DNA of 63,472 nt, counting the filler, from Clostridia bacterium (GTDB taxonomy: Bacteria > CBDUZB01 > JAGLHV01): the NCBI GenBank assembly GCA_030637025.1. It is 6 parts of 6 records of this genome, joined end to end, with 100 filler letters (N's around TTAATTAATTAA, not from the genome) between each part and the next. Parts side by side here need not be neighbours in the genome. Positions count along the whole stretch, not along the records: positions 21,003 to 32,010 come from DAOVVV010000054.1; 5 more parts are not named here. One strand, 5' to 3'. Of the stretch, positions 21,003 through 30,564 are shown in pieces. The notes beneath the pieces were generated by a model, which had not been told where the DNA came from, ran no database searches, and saw nothing but the letters and a program-made list of their open reading frames with translations. The first letter of the stretch is position 1, and the number at the start of each line of letters is the position of its first letter. The translations under genes were made by a program, and so were the position numbers.

Positions 21003-21427
21003 AAATATGTTTCTCTCTGGACGCATAATTTTACCCTACGGGCACGCAAAAACAAGCTAAAAATAAGCAACTCGCTTTGCTCAGACAGGCTTATTTTTTT
21101 AACGCTTATTTTTACTAAAATTTGCTATATCGTTCGAAACACATTTTACCTTTATTCTAGAGATTAAGAGGTGGGGTAGAACAAAGGTAAAATATGTTTC
21201 TCTCTGGACACATAATTTTACCCTATGGGCACGCAAAAACAAGCTAAAAATAAGCAACTCGCTTTGCTCAGACAAGCTTATTTTTTTAACGCTTATTTTC
21301 GCTAAAATTTGCTAAGTCGTTCAAAACATATTCTACCTTTATTCTAGAGATTAAGAGGTGGGGTAGAACAAAGGTAAAATATGTTTCTCTCTAAACGCAT
21401 AATTTTACCCTTCGGGCACGCAAAAAT
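21003..21427. repeat. Tandem array of family A element, 187-bp period (about 2.3 units)
   Basis: 158-bp palindromic core plus identical 29-bp linker ATTCTAGAGATTAAGAGGTGGGGTAGAAC. Confidence 0.92.
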
Positions 21428-21567
21428 AAAATAGTCCATAGTCCACAGTCGATAGTCCATAGACAACGGAAAAAAGACAACGGATGGGAGTTAATGTAGG
21501 GGCGACCCTTGGTCGCCCGAAATACCTTTATTTTTAAAGGATGTTTAATAAGGAAAGGAAATATAAA

Positions 21568-23085
21568 TTGAATACAGTTAGAGTACGTTTTGCCCCGAGT
21601 CCAACAGGGTTTCTTCATATTGGTGGTGCCCGGACAGCTCTTTTCAGTTGGCTTTTTGCCCAGCACCATAAAGGGATTTTTGTTTTGCGTATTGAGGATA
21701 CAGACGAAAAACGTTCTACTTTACCGGCAATAAAAGCTATTATGGAGGGGATGTCCTGGTTGAATTTGGGTTGGGATGAAGGACCTGAAATCGTAGAACA
21801 GGGTTCAGAATTTAAAACAGAGAATAAAGGAGATTACGGACCGTATTTTCAGACGCAAAGATTGGATGTTTATCGAAAATATGCAGAACAATTGATTAAT
21901 CAGAAAAAAGCTTATCGTTGTTATTGTTTGCCGGAAGAATTGGAACAAAAAAGGAAAGAGGCGTTAAAAAAAGGATTGCCTCCTAAATATGATCGGCAAT
22001 GCAAGCATCTCTCTCCCCGGGAAGAGGAAAAAAAGAAACAGGAAGGAAGAAAAGCGGTAATTCGGTTTTGTATGCCTGATGTGGGGGAAACAGAAATTAA
22101 TGATTTGGTTAAGGGAAAAGTCGTTTTTAAAAATTCCCTTTTAGATGATTTTGTTATTTTAAAATCTTCCGGGGTTGCTACTTATAATTTTGCGGTAGTT
22201 GTGGACGATGCGATGATGAAGATTTCCCATATAATTCGCGGGGATGACCATCTGTCCAATACCCCCAGACAAATACTTTTATATCAGGCATTGGAATGGG
22301 ATTTGCCTCAATTTGCTCATGTTCCAATGATTTTAGGGGCTGATAAAACACGACTGAGTAAACGTCACGGGGCTACTGCGCTGAGTGAATATAAGGAAAA
22401 GGGTTTTTTACCTGAGGCAATGATAAATTATTTAGCTCTTTTGGGGTGGTCTACGGAAGATAGTCAGCAGATATTTAGTCGTGAGGAATTAATTAATAAA
22501 TTTTCTTTAGAGGGGTGCGGCCGGTCTTCGGCAATTTTTGACCAGGATAAATTACTCTGGATGAATGGAGAATATATTCGTAAAATGGGAATAGATGAAT
22601 TAACAGAAAAATCTTTTAAGTGGTTGAGAGAAGCGGATTTAGTAAATGGAGCTCTTAGTTGGGATAAAGTATCGGCAGGGAAAAAAGAAAAAATCAAAAA
22701 AGCGGTTAGTCTGGAACATGAGAAAATAAAACTTCTTGCAGAAGTTCCTTCTTTGGTAGACTATATGCTTAAAGAGGAAATTGAATATGATTCCAGGGCA
22801 GTGGAAAAAACTTTAAAAAAAGAGAATGTGATAGAAATTCTTGAGAATATAAAAGATTCCCTGAAGGAATTAGAAGATTTTTCTATAGGTGGTTTGGAAG
22901 AAGGAGTGAGGGCTTTTTGTTTAAAAAAAGAATTAAAAACAAGTAAAGTTTTTCATCCTTTGAGGGTGGCAACATCCGGCCGGATGCAAGGCCCGGGATT
23001 GTTTGCTTTACTTGAGTTTTTAGGGAAAGAAAAAGTAGTAAAAAGAATAGAAGAATCTATTTTATTATTTGGAGGGAGTAAATGA
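21568..23085 (+). CDS. gltX: Glutamate--tRNA ligase
   Basis: RFAPSPTGFLHIGG, LRIEDTD, RGDDH, RLSKR; likely TTG start at 21568 (ORF track 21541). Confidence 0.97.
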   Translation: MNTVRVRFAPSPTGFLHIGGARTALFSWLFAQHHKGIFVLRIEDTDEKRSTLPAIKAIMEGMSWLNLGWDEGPEIVEQGSEFKTENKGDYGPYFQTQRLDVYRKYAEQLINQKKAYRCYCLPEELEQKRKEALKKGLPPKYDRQCKHLSPREEEKKKQEGRKAVIRFCMPDVGETEINDLVKGKVVFKNSLLDDFVILKSSGVATYNFAVVVDDAMMKISHIIRGDDHLSNTPRQILLYQALEWDLPQFAHVPMILGADKTRLSKRHGATALSEYKEKGFLPEAMINYLALLGWSTEDSQQIFSREELINKFSLEGCGRSSAIFDQDKLLWMNGEYIRKMGIDELTEKSFKWLREADLVNGALSWDKVSAGKKEKIKKAVSLEHEKIKLLAEVPSLVDYMLKEEIEYDSRAVEKTLKKENVIEILENIKDSLKELEDFSIGGLEEGVRAFCLKKELKTSKVFHPLRVATSGRMQGPGLFALLEFLGKEKVVKRIEESILLFGGSK

Positions 23086-23465
23086 ACAACAATATTCAAC
23101 CTAATATTTATTTGGTAAATTTAGTGATTTCTCTTTCTCAGACAGGGATGTTGCAATTAGGTAAAATTGTAAATCCTATGACAGGAAAAGAAGAAAAAAA
23201 TCTTGAGCAGGCGAAGGTAACTATTGGTATGTTAGAGATGTTGAAAGAAAAAACAGCGGGGAATTTGACTAAAGAGGAAGAAAAAATGATGGCGGAGGTT
23301 GTTTCCAATCTTCAACTGAATTATGTAGATGAGGTTAATAAAGCTACTACGAAAACCGAGGAAAAAGAGGTACAAAAAGAAAAAGGTAGTTCTTCCCAGG
23401 AACAGGAAAAAGACCAAAAGGGAGATTCTTTTCCCAAGAAAGAAGATAATCCTGTAGCACAATAA
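23082..23465 (+). CDS. DUF1844 family protein
   Basis: LGKIVNPMTG..NLEQAK.TI.MLEML.EKT.GNL...E...LQLNYV pattern. Confidence 0.85.
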   Translation: MNNNIQPNIYLVNLVISLSQTGMLQLGKIVNPMTGKEEKNLEQAKVTIGMLEMLKEKTAGNLTKEEEKMMAEVVSNLQLNYVDEVNKATTKTEEKEVQKEKGSSSQEQEKDQKGDSFPKKEDNPVAQ

Positions 23466-23489
23466 TAAAGGCAAAGAAAAAATAAATAA

Positions 23490-23561
23490 TGCCCGGTGGT
23501 GTAATGGTAACACACATGATTCTGGTTCATGCTAGTCCAGGTTCGAGTCCTGGCCGGGCAG
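23490..23561 (+). tRNA. tRNA-Gln (anticodon CTG)
   Basis: Cloverleaf: TGCCCGG/CCGGGCA acceptor with U1-A72, CATGA-TTCTGGT-TCATG anticodon arm, GGTTCGAGTCC T-arm; CCA not encoded. Confidence 0.96.
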
Positions 23562-23623
23562 TTTCTTTTTTTAGGGGGGAAAAAGTCCCCCCTAAAAAAA
23601 GAAACTTCTCCCTCAGGAGTTGA

Positions 23624-23783
23624 ACAAGTGAGCTTGTCCTGAGGAGCAAAGCGACGAAGGGAGTCCTGTTTTAAGCACCCTAAAGGGTGCTTAAAAAAAA
23701 GAAACTATTTGTTTCCAGGCGAGAGACAAGTGAGCTTGTCCTGAGGAGCAGAGCGACGAAGGGAGTCCTGTTTTAAGCACCCT
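23624..23783. repeat. 58-bp direct repeat (23624-23681, 23726-23783) with REP-like hairpins
   Basis: Two copies differing at one base; adjacent palindromes at 23561-23605 and 23669-23696. Confidence 0.8.
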
Positions 23784-23879
23784 TGTTGCCTTTATTTTTC
23801 TGATTTTTTGGATATATATATAGCATGGATTGACTGTGTCAATGCATGCTATAACATTCTAAAGGATGGTGTAAAGTTT

Positions 23880-24026
23880 TATGCCCAAAAAGGTATAATG
23901 TTCTTGTTTTTGTTTTAAATTATACCCTTTAAGGTGTGAAATTTTTCTAAAAGATTAAAAATATGGCCGAAAGGGTATAATTTTAATCTTTTTTTGCTTG
24001 ACATTATACCCGTTAGAGCATACAAT
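23880..24026 (+). promoter_or_regulatory. Four HipB-type operators and sigma70 promoter
   Basis: TATRSCC-N4-RRGYRTR boxes at 23880, 23921, 23962, 24005; TTGACA(23998)-N17-TACAAT(24021). Confidence 0.78.
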
Positions 24027-24065
24027 TATACGCTGAAAGTAATTAATAAGCAAAAAGGAAACAAA

Positions 24066-24266
24066 ATGCAAATAGGGAAAAAAATAAGCGAGTTAAGAAA
24101 AATGACAAAATTAACACAAGTTGAATTTGCTGAAAGGGTAGGAGTGGGATTGCGTTTCATTAGGGATTTAGAACAAGGCAAGTCTACTGTGAGACTTGAT
24201 AAGGTGAATCAAGTCCTTGAATTTCTTGACTATCACCTTGAGGTTATTAGAAATGAAAAAAAATAA
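24066..24266 (+). CDS. XRE/HipB-like (y4mF-type) HTH antitoxin
   Basis: LTQVEFAERVGVGLRFIRDLEQGKSTVRLDKVNQVL; ATG 24066 after AGGA RBS. Confidence 0.88.
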   Translation: MQIGKKISELRKMTKLTQVEFAERVGVGLRFIRDLEQGKSTVRLDKVNQVLEFLDYHLEVIRNEKK

Positions 24267-24333
24267 ATTTAGAAAAGCCATTGTTTTATTCAAATATGAA
24301 AAAGCAGCCATATTGGAAGAAGTAGAGAGCTAA
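24253..24333 (+). pseudogene. Truncated HipA N-terminal domain remnant (26 aa)
   Basis: MKKNKFRKAIVLFKYEKAAILEEVES*, overlapping the hipB-like stop; resembles the start of HipA N-terminal proteins. Confidence 0.55.
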
Positions 24334-24367
24334 CAACTTATCATTAAAATTTTTAAGGAGAGAAATT

Positions 24368-26257
24368 GTGTCAATACATTATCAGGAATATGATGTAATT
24401 GTAATAGGCGCGGGACATGCCGGTTGTGAGGCGGCTTTGGCTAGCAGCCGGATAGGTTGTTCTACCCTTATTTTAACGATGAATCTGGATACTATTGGGG
24501 CAATGTCTTGTAATCCGGCTATCGGCGGTTTAGCCAAAGGACAGTTAGTAAAGGAAATAGATGTGCTGGGTGGAGAAATGGGAAAGGCCATTGATTGGTC
24601 GGGAATTCAGTTTCGTCAACTAAATACCAGTAAAGGTCCTGCCGTACGCTCTTCCCGGGCACAAGCAGATAAACAAAAATATAGGTTCTATATGAAGAAG
24701 GTTTTAGAAAACCAGTTTAACCTGGATTTAAAGCAGGGGATGGTAGAAAAAATTTTAGTAAAGTACAATACTGTTTGGGGGGTAGAGACAAAAATAGGAG
24801 AAAAAATTAAAGCAAAAACAATAGTGGTTAGCCCGGGAACATTTCTTAGAGGACTAATTCATATTGGATTTAATCATTTTCCCGGAGGGAGAATGGGAGA
24901 AGCAGCAGCTTGTGGGCTTACGGATAGTTTTGAAAAAATGGGATTTGAAATAGGAAGGTTTAAAACGGGTACTTGTCCGCGTTTAGATAAAAGAAGTATT
25001 AATTTTTCCAATTTAAAGATTCAATATGGAGACGAGAATCCCGTACCTTTTTCTTTTTCTACTAAAAAGATAACACGAAGACAGGTTCCCTGTTATATAG
25101 CCTATACTAATTTGCAGGTACATCAAATTATTAGAAATGCTTTAGACCGATCTCCTCTTTATTCGGGAATAATAAAATCTACCGGGGTAAGATATTGTCC
25201 TTCTATAGAGGATAAAATAGTAAAATTTCATGATAAAGAAAGGCACCAGATTTTTTTAGAACCGGAAGGAATAAATACAATAGAGGTGTATCCTAACGGG
25301 TTAGCTACTAGTTTACCGCTGGATGTTCAGGTTGAAATTGTACATGCGATTGAAGGGTTGGAAAAGGCAAAAATATTGCGGCCGGGATACGGAATTGAAC
25401 ATGATTATGTATATCCGACACAACTAAAACCAAGTTTGGAGACTAAAATAATAGAAAATCTTTTTTTAGCCGGACAAATTAATGGAACTACCGGTTATGA
25501 AGAAGCAGCGGCACAGGGGCTTATTGCCGGTATAAATGCCACCCGGAAAGTTAAAAGCCGGGAGCCGCTTATTCTTGATCGCTCACAGGGTTATATTGGG
25601 GTTCTTATTGATGATTTAGTCACTAAGGGGACAAATGAGCCTTACCGGATGTTTACTTCTCGGGCAGAATATAGATTGCTATTGCGGGAAGATAATGCAG
25701 ATTTACGCTTAACGGAAATAGGTTATAATATAGGATTGGTTAATGAAGGGAAGAGGCGAAAAATTCTGAGAAAGAAAAAAGCAATTAGGAACGAATTAAA
25801 TCGGATTAAAAAAACCAGGATAATTCCTACGGAAAAGACAAACGAAAAGATAAAAAGTTGGAAAAGTAGTATTCTGAAGGAAGCGGTAAGTTTGGAAGAA
25901 TTGTTAAGAAGACCGGAAATTTCTTATCAGAATTTAATGGATTTAAGCGAAAATGGCGATGATAGTGTTTCTCCGGAGGTAGCTTTTCAGGTAGAAATAG
26001 AAACGAAATATCAAGGATATATTGAAAGACAACTTAAAGAAATAAAAAAATTTCACAAAATAGAAGAAATTACAATTCCTTCTTCTTTGGATTTTTATTC
26101 TGTTCCCAGTCTTTCCCGTGAGGTAAAAGAAAAATTATCTGCATTTAAGCCTATTTCATTAGGACAGGCTTCTCGTATATCAGGTATTACTCCGGCGGCT
26201 ATTTCTATTTTGAGAGTTTATTTAAAAAGCAAAAAATATAAAAAAACAATCAAATAA
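24368..26257 (+). CDS. mnmG: tRNA uridine 5-carboxymethylaminomethyl modification enzyme
   Basis: GAGHAGCEAA, MSCNPAIGG, RYCPSIEDK, AGQINGTTGYEEAAAQG. Confidence 0.98.
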   Translation: MSIHYQEYDVIVIGAGHAGCEAALASSRIGCSTLILTMNLDTIGAMSCNPAIGGLAKGQLVKEIDVLGGEMGKAIDWSGIQFRQLNTSKGPAVRSSRAQADKQKYRFYMKKVLENQFNLDLKQGMVEKILVKYNTVWGVETKIGEKIKAKTIVVSPGTFLRGLIHIGFNHFPGGRMGEAAACGLTDSFEKMGFEIGRFKTGTCPRLDKRSINFSNLKIQYGDENPVPFSFSTKKITRRQVPCYIAYTNLQVHQIIRNALDRSPLYSGIIKSTGVRYCPSIEDKIVKFHDKERHQIFLEPEGINTIEVYPNGLATSLPLDVQVEIVHAIEGLEKAKILRPGYGIEHDYVYPTQLKPSLETKIIENLFLAGQINGTTGYEEAAAQGLIAGINATRKVKSREPLILDRSQGYIGVLIDDLVTKGTNEPYRMFTSRAEYRLLLREDNADLRLTEIGYNIGLVNEGKRRKILRKKKAIRNELNRIKKTRIIPTEKTNEKIKSWKSSILKEAVSLEELLRRPEISYQNLMDLSENGDDSVSPEVAFQVEIETKYQGYIERQLKEIKKFHKIEEITIPSSLDFYSVPSLSREVKEKLSAFKPISLGQASRISGITPAAISILRVYLKSKKYKKTIK

Positions 26258-26280
26258 ATAAATGAAGTTGCAAGAAGGGT

Positions 26281-26676
26281 TTACTCTGCCATTAATAAAG
26301 TGGAGAGTTCCCGTAAAATGAATTGAATGTCAAAAGGTTTAGAATAAAAATTTATTACACCATTGGATTTGAGTTGTTGGATATCAGTATTTGATATCGC
26401 TTTTCCTGAAACAACAATAATAGGAAAATTTTTGATTTTGTCAATAGAATTAAATCTTTGGATAAAATCTTCCCCTTTTTCCCATGGGAGAATAAGGTCC
26501 ATTATTAATAAATCGGGAGGAGAGGAAATGATATAGGTTAAAAGCCCTTCACAGTTGGGAAAAGTTTCTACTTCATATCCTTCCTCTGTTAAAATGTTTT
26601 GAAATATTTCTCGTATTTCTACTTCGTCATCAACGATAAAAATCTTTTTTTTAGAATTTGTATTTATCTTATTCAT
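26281..26676 (-). CDS. Single-domain response regulator
   Basis: IVDDE, DLLIMD, SKPF receiver motifs. Confidence 0.9.
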   Translation of the reverse strand: MNKINTNSKKKIFIVDDEVEIREIFQNILTEEGYEVETFPNCEGLLTYIISSPPDLLIMDLILPWEKGEDFIQRFNSIDKIKNFPIIVVSGKAISNTDIQQLKSNGVINFYSKPFDIQFILRELSTLLMAE

Positions 26677-26914
26677 TGTTTTTCTCCGAAAAAGGTATAA
26701 ATAAAATGTGTTTTACTCATAAACCGGTTAAGATACTTTGTCCCTGATTTCATTATAACAGAAATACCCTTTTTTTGTCAAGATTACAAAAGAAAAGTTA
26801 AAACTATTGCAATTTTTATATAAAATTGGTACAATGAAAAACCAAAGAGTAATGAGGGAAAGAAAAAAGATAGATAATAATATTAAGGTAAATTGAAGTT
26901 TTGTTGAGATAAAA

Positions 26915-27466
26915 ATGAGAGTTTTTGTTGCTATTGAATTACCTGAGGAAAAGAAAGAGCAACTTGTATTAGGTAGAAAAAGTTTAGAAAAAGTAAATGC
27001 AGAGGTGAAATGGATAGAAAAAAACGCAATACATTTTACCTTGAAGTTTTTAGGAGAAGTATCAGGGAGTAAAGTAGAGGAAATTAAAAATAATTTAAGA
27101 CATGCAATTTCCGGGTTTGGGCCTTTCAAAATAAACATTAAAGGGTTCGGGGTTTTTCCTCATTATGTTAACCCCCGTATAATTTGGGTAGGAATCCAGG
27201 AGAGAGAAAAGTTAAAACAATTACATCAAATAGTCGAAGAGACTTGTTTTTTATCAGGATTTGAAAAAGAAAAAAGAGATTTTATTGCTCATCTTTCTTT
27301 GGGCAGGGTTCGTTATTTGAAAGACAAGAATGGATTAATTCAAAAAATTAAAGAACTTAATACTCTTTCTTTTGGCGAAATTCAAATCAAAGAAATTTCT
27401 TTGATGGAAAGCTGGTTGTATCCCAGTGGGGCAAAATATACTTGTTTAGAAAAAATAAACTTGTAA
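26915..27466 (+). CDS. thpR: RNA 2',3'-cyclic phosphodiesterase
   Basis: MRVFVAI, two Hx[T/S] motifs (HFTLKFLG, HLSLGR). Confidence 0.93.
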   Translation: MRVFVAIELPEEKKEQLVLGRKSLEKVNAEVKWIEKNAIHFTLKFLGEVSGSKVEEIKNNLRHAISGFGPFKINIKGFGVFPHYVNPRIIWVGIQEREKLKQLHQIVEETCFLSGFEKEKRDFIAHLSLGRVRYLKDKNGLIQKIKELNTLSFGEIQIKEISLMESWLYPSGAKYTCLEKINL

Positions 27467-27505
27467 ATTAGATATTTGTTTAGCAATAATTAAGTTCCGT
27501 CAGGG

Positions 27506-27638
27506 TTTTAATTCAATGAGACTTAGAGTTTTTTCAGTTGCGCTGACAAAAACTATGCAGTTGAATTGTACCTGAGTGACTGCAGGGAGTCGAAGGGGCT
27601 TGGGTGTATTACCCGGCAGCAAGCTGCGGGGTAGTTGA
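27506..27638. mobile_element. Dispersed ~135-bp element with IS200/IS605-like terminal hairpin (PATE-like), copy 1
   Basis: Homologous in reverse to 38744-38902; ends in CCCGGCAGCAAGCTGCGGGGTAGTTGA. Confidence 0.65.
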
Positions 27639-27665
27639 TATGTCTATGAAGGAAGGTGTTTAGTT

Positions 27666-28082
27666 TTGCGAATATTAGGTGTTGATTACGGAGAAAAAAG
27701 AATTGGATTAGCAATAAGCGATCCGTTAGCAATAATTGCACAGGGTTTAAAAGTTGTTTCTGCTGAAGATTTCTTTAAGGATGAAAAAATAGAGGAATTT
27801 AAAAGTTTAATTAAAGAATTTAAAATTAGTAAAATAGTTGTTGGATTTCCGATAAACATGGATGGGGGAACAGGAAAAAAAGCAAAGGAGACTATGGTTT
27901 TTGTTGAGCAGTTAAAAAAATGTATTTCCGTGCCTTTGGTGTTATGGGATGAAAGGCTTAGTACTGTAGCAGCGGAAAATGTTTTAATCAATGCAGATCT
28001 TTCCCGTAAACGAAGGAAAAAAGTAATAGATAAAGTGGCTGCGGCAGTGATTTTACAAGGATATTTGGATTCTCCAAAATAA
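27666..28082 (+). CDS. ruvX: Holliday junction resolvase-like / pre-16S rRNA nuclease YqgF
   Basis: GVDYGEKRIGLAISD, WDERLST, DKVAAAVILQGYL. Confidence 0.95.
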   Translation: MRILGVDYGEKRIGLAISDPLAIIAQGLKVVSAEDFFKDEKIEEFKSLIKEFKISKIVVGFPINMDGGTGKKAKETMVFVEQLKKCISVPLVLWDERLSTVAAENVLINADLSRKRRKKVIDKVAAAVILQGYLDSPK

Positions 28083-28089
28083 AAAATAG

Positions 28090-29034
28090 ATGAATAAAAA
28101 AAAATGGATAATAATTTTATCTTGTTTATTGGTTACAATGTTTATGATTGTAATTTTGTTAAATTGTTCTCATAAATCCTCTATTAAAGAAGGGGTAATT
28201 ACGATTGAACAGGGAATGAATTCCGGTGGGATAGTGGATTTGTTAGTGGAGAAAGGGATAATTAAAAGTAAAAGATATTTTCTTTTATTGGTCAATTTCA
28301 AAAGAGTACATAAGAGGATTAAAGCAGGCACTTATAAATTGAATTCCGGGATGTCAACAAGGGAAATAATTGATATTTTGGCAAGTGGAAAAGTATTTTA
28401 TAATAAAGTAACTATTCCTGAGGGGTTTACTGTTAAGCAAATTGCCCAATTGTTGGTGGAAAAAAATATTCTTTATTCCTGTGATGAGTTTCTGCAGATA
28501 GTAAAAAAAAGAAACTTAGAAGGATATTTATTTCCGGAGACTTATTTTCTTTTGCCCGGGACAAAAGAAGAGGAAATTATTGAAATAATGAGGCGTCAGT
28601 TTTTTAAAGTTTTTACTCCACAAATGGGAAGGAGAACCAAAGAGTTTAACTTGAATCAACGTGAGGTGGTAATTCTTGCTTCTTTAATTGAAAAGGAGGC
28701 AAAGGATGAAAGTGAGAGAAATTTAATTTCAGCAGTTTTTCATAACCGGTTAAATAAACGTTGGAGATTAGAATCTTGTGCTAGTGTGCGTTATGTTTTA
28801 GACAAGTGGCAAAAACCGCTGACTTACAAGGATTTAGAAATTAATTCTAAATATAACACTTATCGGTATTATGGTTTACCGGTTGGCCCGGTGTGTAATC
28901 CCGGATTGGCTTCGTTAAAAGCAGCATTGTATCCGGTTGATTCGGAGGTAATGTTTTTTGTGGCTAAAGGAGATGGGACACATAAATTTTCTAAATATTA
29001 TAAGGAGCATCTTTTAAAAAAAAGAAAGAATTAA
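28090..29034 (+). CDS. mltG: Endolytic transglycosylase
   Basis: TIPEG, LEGYLFPETY, LASLIEKEA, YNTY..GLPVGPVCNPG. Confidence 0.93.
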   Translation: MNKKKWIIILSCLLVTMFMIVILLNCSHKSSIKEGVITIEQGMNSGGIVDLLVEKGIIKSKRYFLLLVNFKRVHKRIKAGTYKLNSGMSTREIIDILASGKVFYNKVTIPEGFTVKQIAQLLVEKNILYSCDEFLQIVKKRNLEGYLFPETYFLLPGTKEEEIIEIMRRQFFKVFTPQMGRRTKEFNLNQREVVILASLIEKEAKDESERNLISAVFHNRLNKRWRLESCASVRYVLDKWQKPLTYKDLEINSKYNTYRYYGLPVGPVCNPGLASLKAALYPVDSEVMFFVAKGDGTHKFSKYYKEHLLKKRKN

Positions 29035-29079
29035 AAAAATATTTTTGAAAAGATTATATAAAAAAGGAAGGAAATTGAA

Positions 29080-30420
29080 ATGAAAAAAAATAGAGTTTTA
29101 ATCGTTTTGTTTATGTTTTTTCTTATACCCAGTTGTGTGGGTTTGAAAAATAAAAGGAATACTAAGGGGCCAAACGTAGGAGGGAGTTATCTTTCGCGTA
29201 ATGTGTCTTTTGAGAAAAGATTTAAAATAGCAACTCAACTATATAAAAGCGGTGTGGAAAAGTTTGATATTCAGGAATGGTATTCTGCAAAAGCAGATTT
29301 TAATTATGCTCTTAAACATTTACTTGATTGTTCCAGGGGAAAGGATAATGATGAGTTGGTTCGTAAGCAAAGTACATTGCTTAGTCAAATCTGTTTATTT
29401 CAGATAAAGTTAAATAAAATTATTTATGGAATTGCTCCTGATGTGGATAAAAAAGATTTTTCTTTCCCTATCACTTTCAATAGCCGAATAGAAAGATGGT
29501 TGGAATATTATGTTACTTCCGGGAGAAAATATTTTGGTTTATGGCTGAGACGTTCGGGAAAATATGCTCCATGGATGAAAGAAGTTTTGATCAAGGAAGG
29601 AATTCCGGAAGAATTGGTTTATGTTGCATTAGTGGAAAGTGGGTTTAATCCTGTAGCTCGTTCACCCAAACAAGCGGTAGGAATTTGGCAGTTTATTAAG
29701 GGAACAGGAAAAATTTATGGGTTAAACCGTAATTCATGGGTAGACGAAAGACGACATCCGGAAAAGTCTACTCTTGCTGCGGCAGAGCATTTAAAAGAGC
29801 TTTATCAGTTTTTTGGTTCATGGGAATTGGCGCTGGCTGCCTATAACGCCGGCCGGGGACGGATAGAAAGAGCGATTAAACAACAAAAAACTAATGATTT
29901 TTGGGAATTGATTCTTCCTGCGGAAACAGAAGCATATGTTCCTAAAATTATGGCTACCATAATGATTTTTAGGGAACCGGAAATATTCGGTTTTCTTCCG
30001 GAACTTGATAATTTGATAAAAGCGGATGAGGTGGTTATTAAAGGATGTGTTGACTTAAAAACAATTGCCGAATGTTGTGAAGTGTCTTTGAAAGAAATTG
30101 TTGATTTAAATCCGGAGTTAAGAAAAAGGTGTACGCCTGCAGGTATAAAGGAATATAGTATTCAATTACCTTCGGGGACAAAAGATATTTTTAATCTTAA
30201 GTTTTCCCGTCTATCTCCCGGAGAGAAATATCTGACTAAAGCAGAAATTAATAAGAGGAAGATAAAAGGACGATATGTTATTTATAGAGTTAGAAAAGGG
30301 GATTGCTTAAGTAGCATTGCCCGTAAATTCAGAACATCAGTTTCTAGTATAAAAAAGTGGAATAAAATTGCTCGAAAACGTTATATTCATCCTAAAGATA
30401 AATTAAGAATTTATAGATAG
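29080..30420 (+). CDS. MltD-like lytic transglycosylase lipoprotein with LysM
   Basis: Lipobox IPSC, VESGFNP, AVGIWQF, AAYNAG, ETEAYVPK, C-terminal LysM. Confidence 0.9.
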   Translation: MKKNRVLIVLFMFFLIPSCVGLKNKRNTKGPNVGGSYLSRNVSFEKRFKIATQLYKSGVEKFDIQEWYSAKADFNYALKHLLDCSRGKDNDELVRKQSTLLSQICLFQIKLNKIIYGIAPDVDKKDFSFPITFNSRIERWLEYYVTSGRKYFGLWLRRSGKYAPWMKEVLIKEGIPEELVYVALVESGFNPVARSPKQAVGIWQFIKGTGKIYGLNRNSWVDERRHPEKSTLAAAEHLKELYQFFGSWELALAAYNAGRGRIERAIKQQKTNDFWELILPAETEAYVPKIMATIMIFREPEIFGFLPELDNLIKADEVVIKGCVDLKTIAECCEVSLKEIVDLNPELRKRCTPAGIKEYSIQLPSGTKDIFNLKFSRLSPGEKYLTKAEINKRKIKGRYVIYRVRKGDCLSSIARKFRTSVSSIKKWNKIARKRYIHPKDKLRIYR

Positions 30421-30564
30421 AGATGATTAGGATATAATAAATTGCATATACAAAAATATATAGTTTAAAAGAAAGTATTAATTAAGTAAATTGTACAATT
30501 TAAAAAAATATATTTTTATTAGTAATTTTAGAGGGAATAATTTTAAAAAAAAGAGGAACAAAAA

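Noticed and set aside
21003-21427. CRISPR array
   Set aside because: Units are 158 bp and the 29-bp linkers are identical rather than unique; no cas genes
21391-21669. Short ORFs over repeats (also 27553, 31674, 31846, 32305, 35401) and other antisense ORFs in the track
   Set aside because: Translations of repeat DNA or opposite strands of real genes; no RBS or family signal
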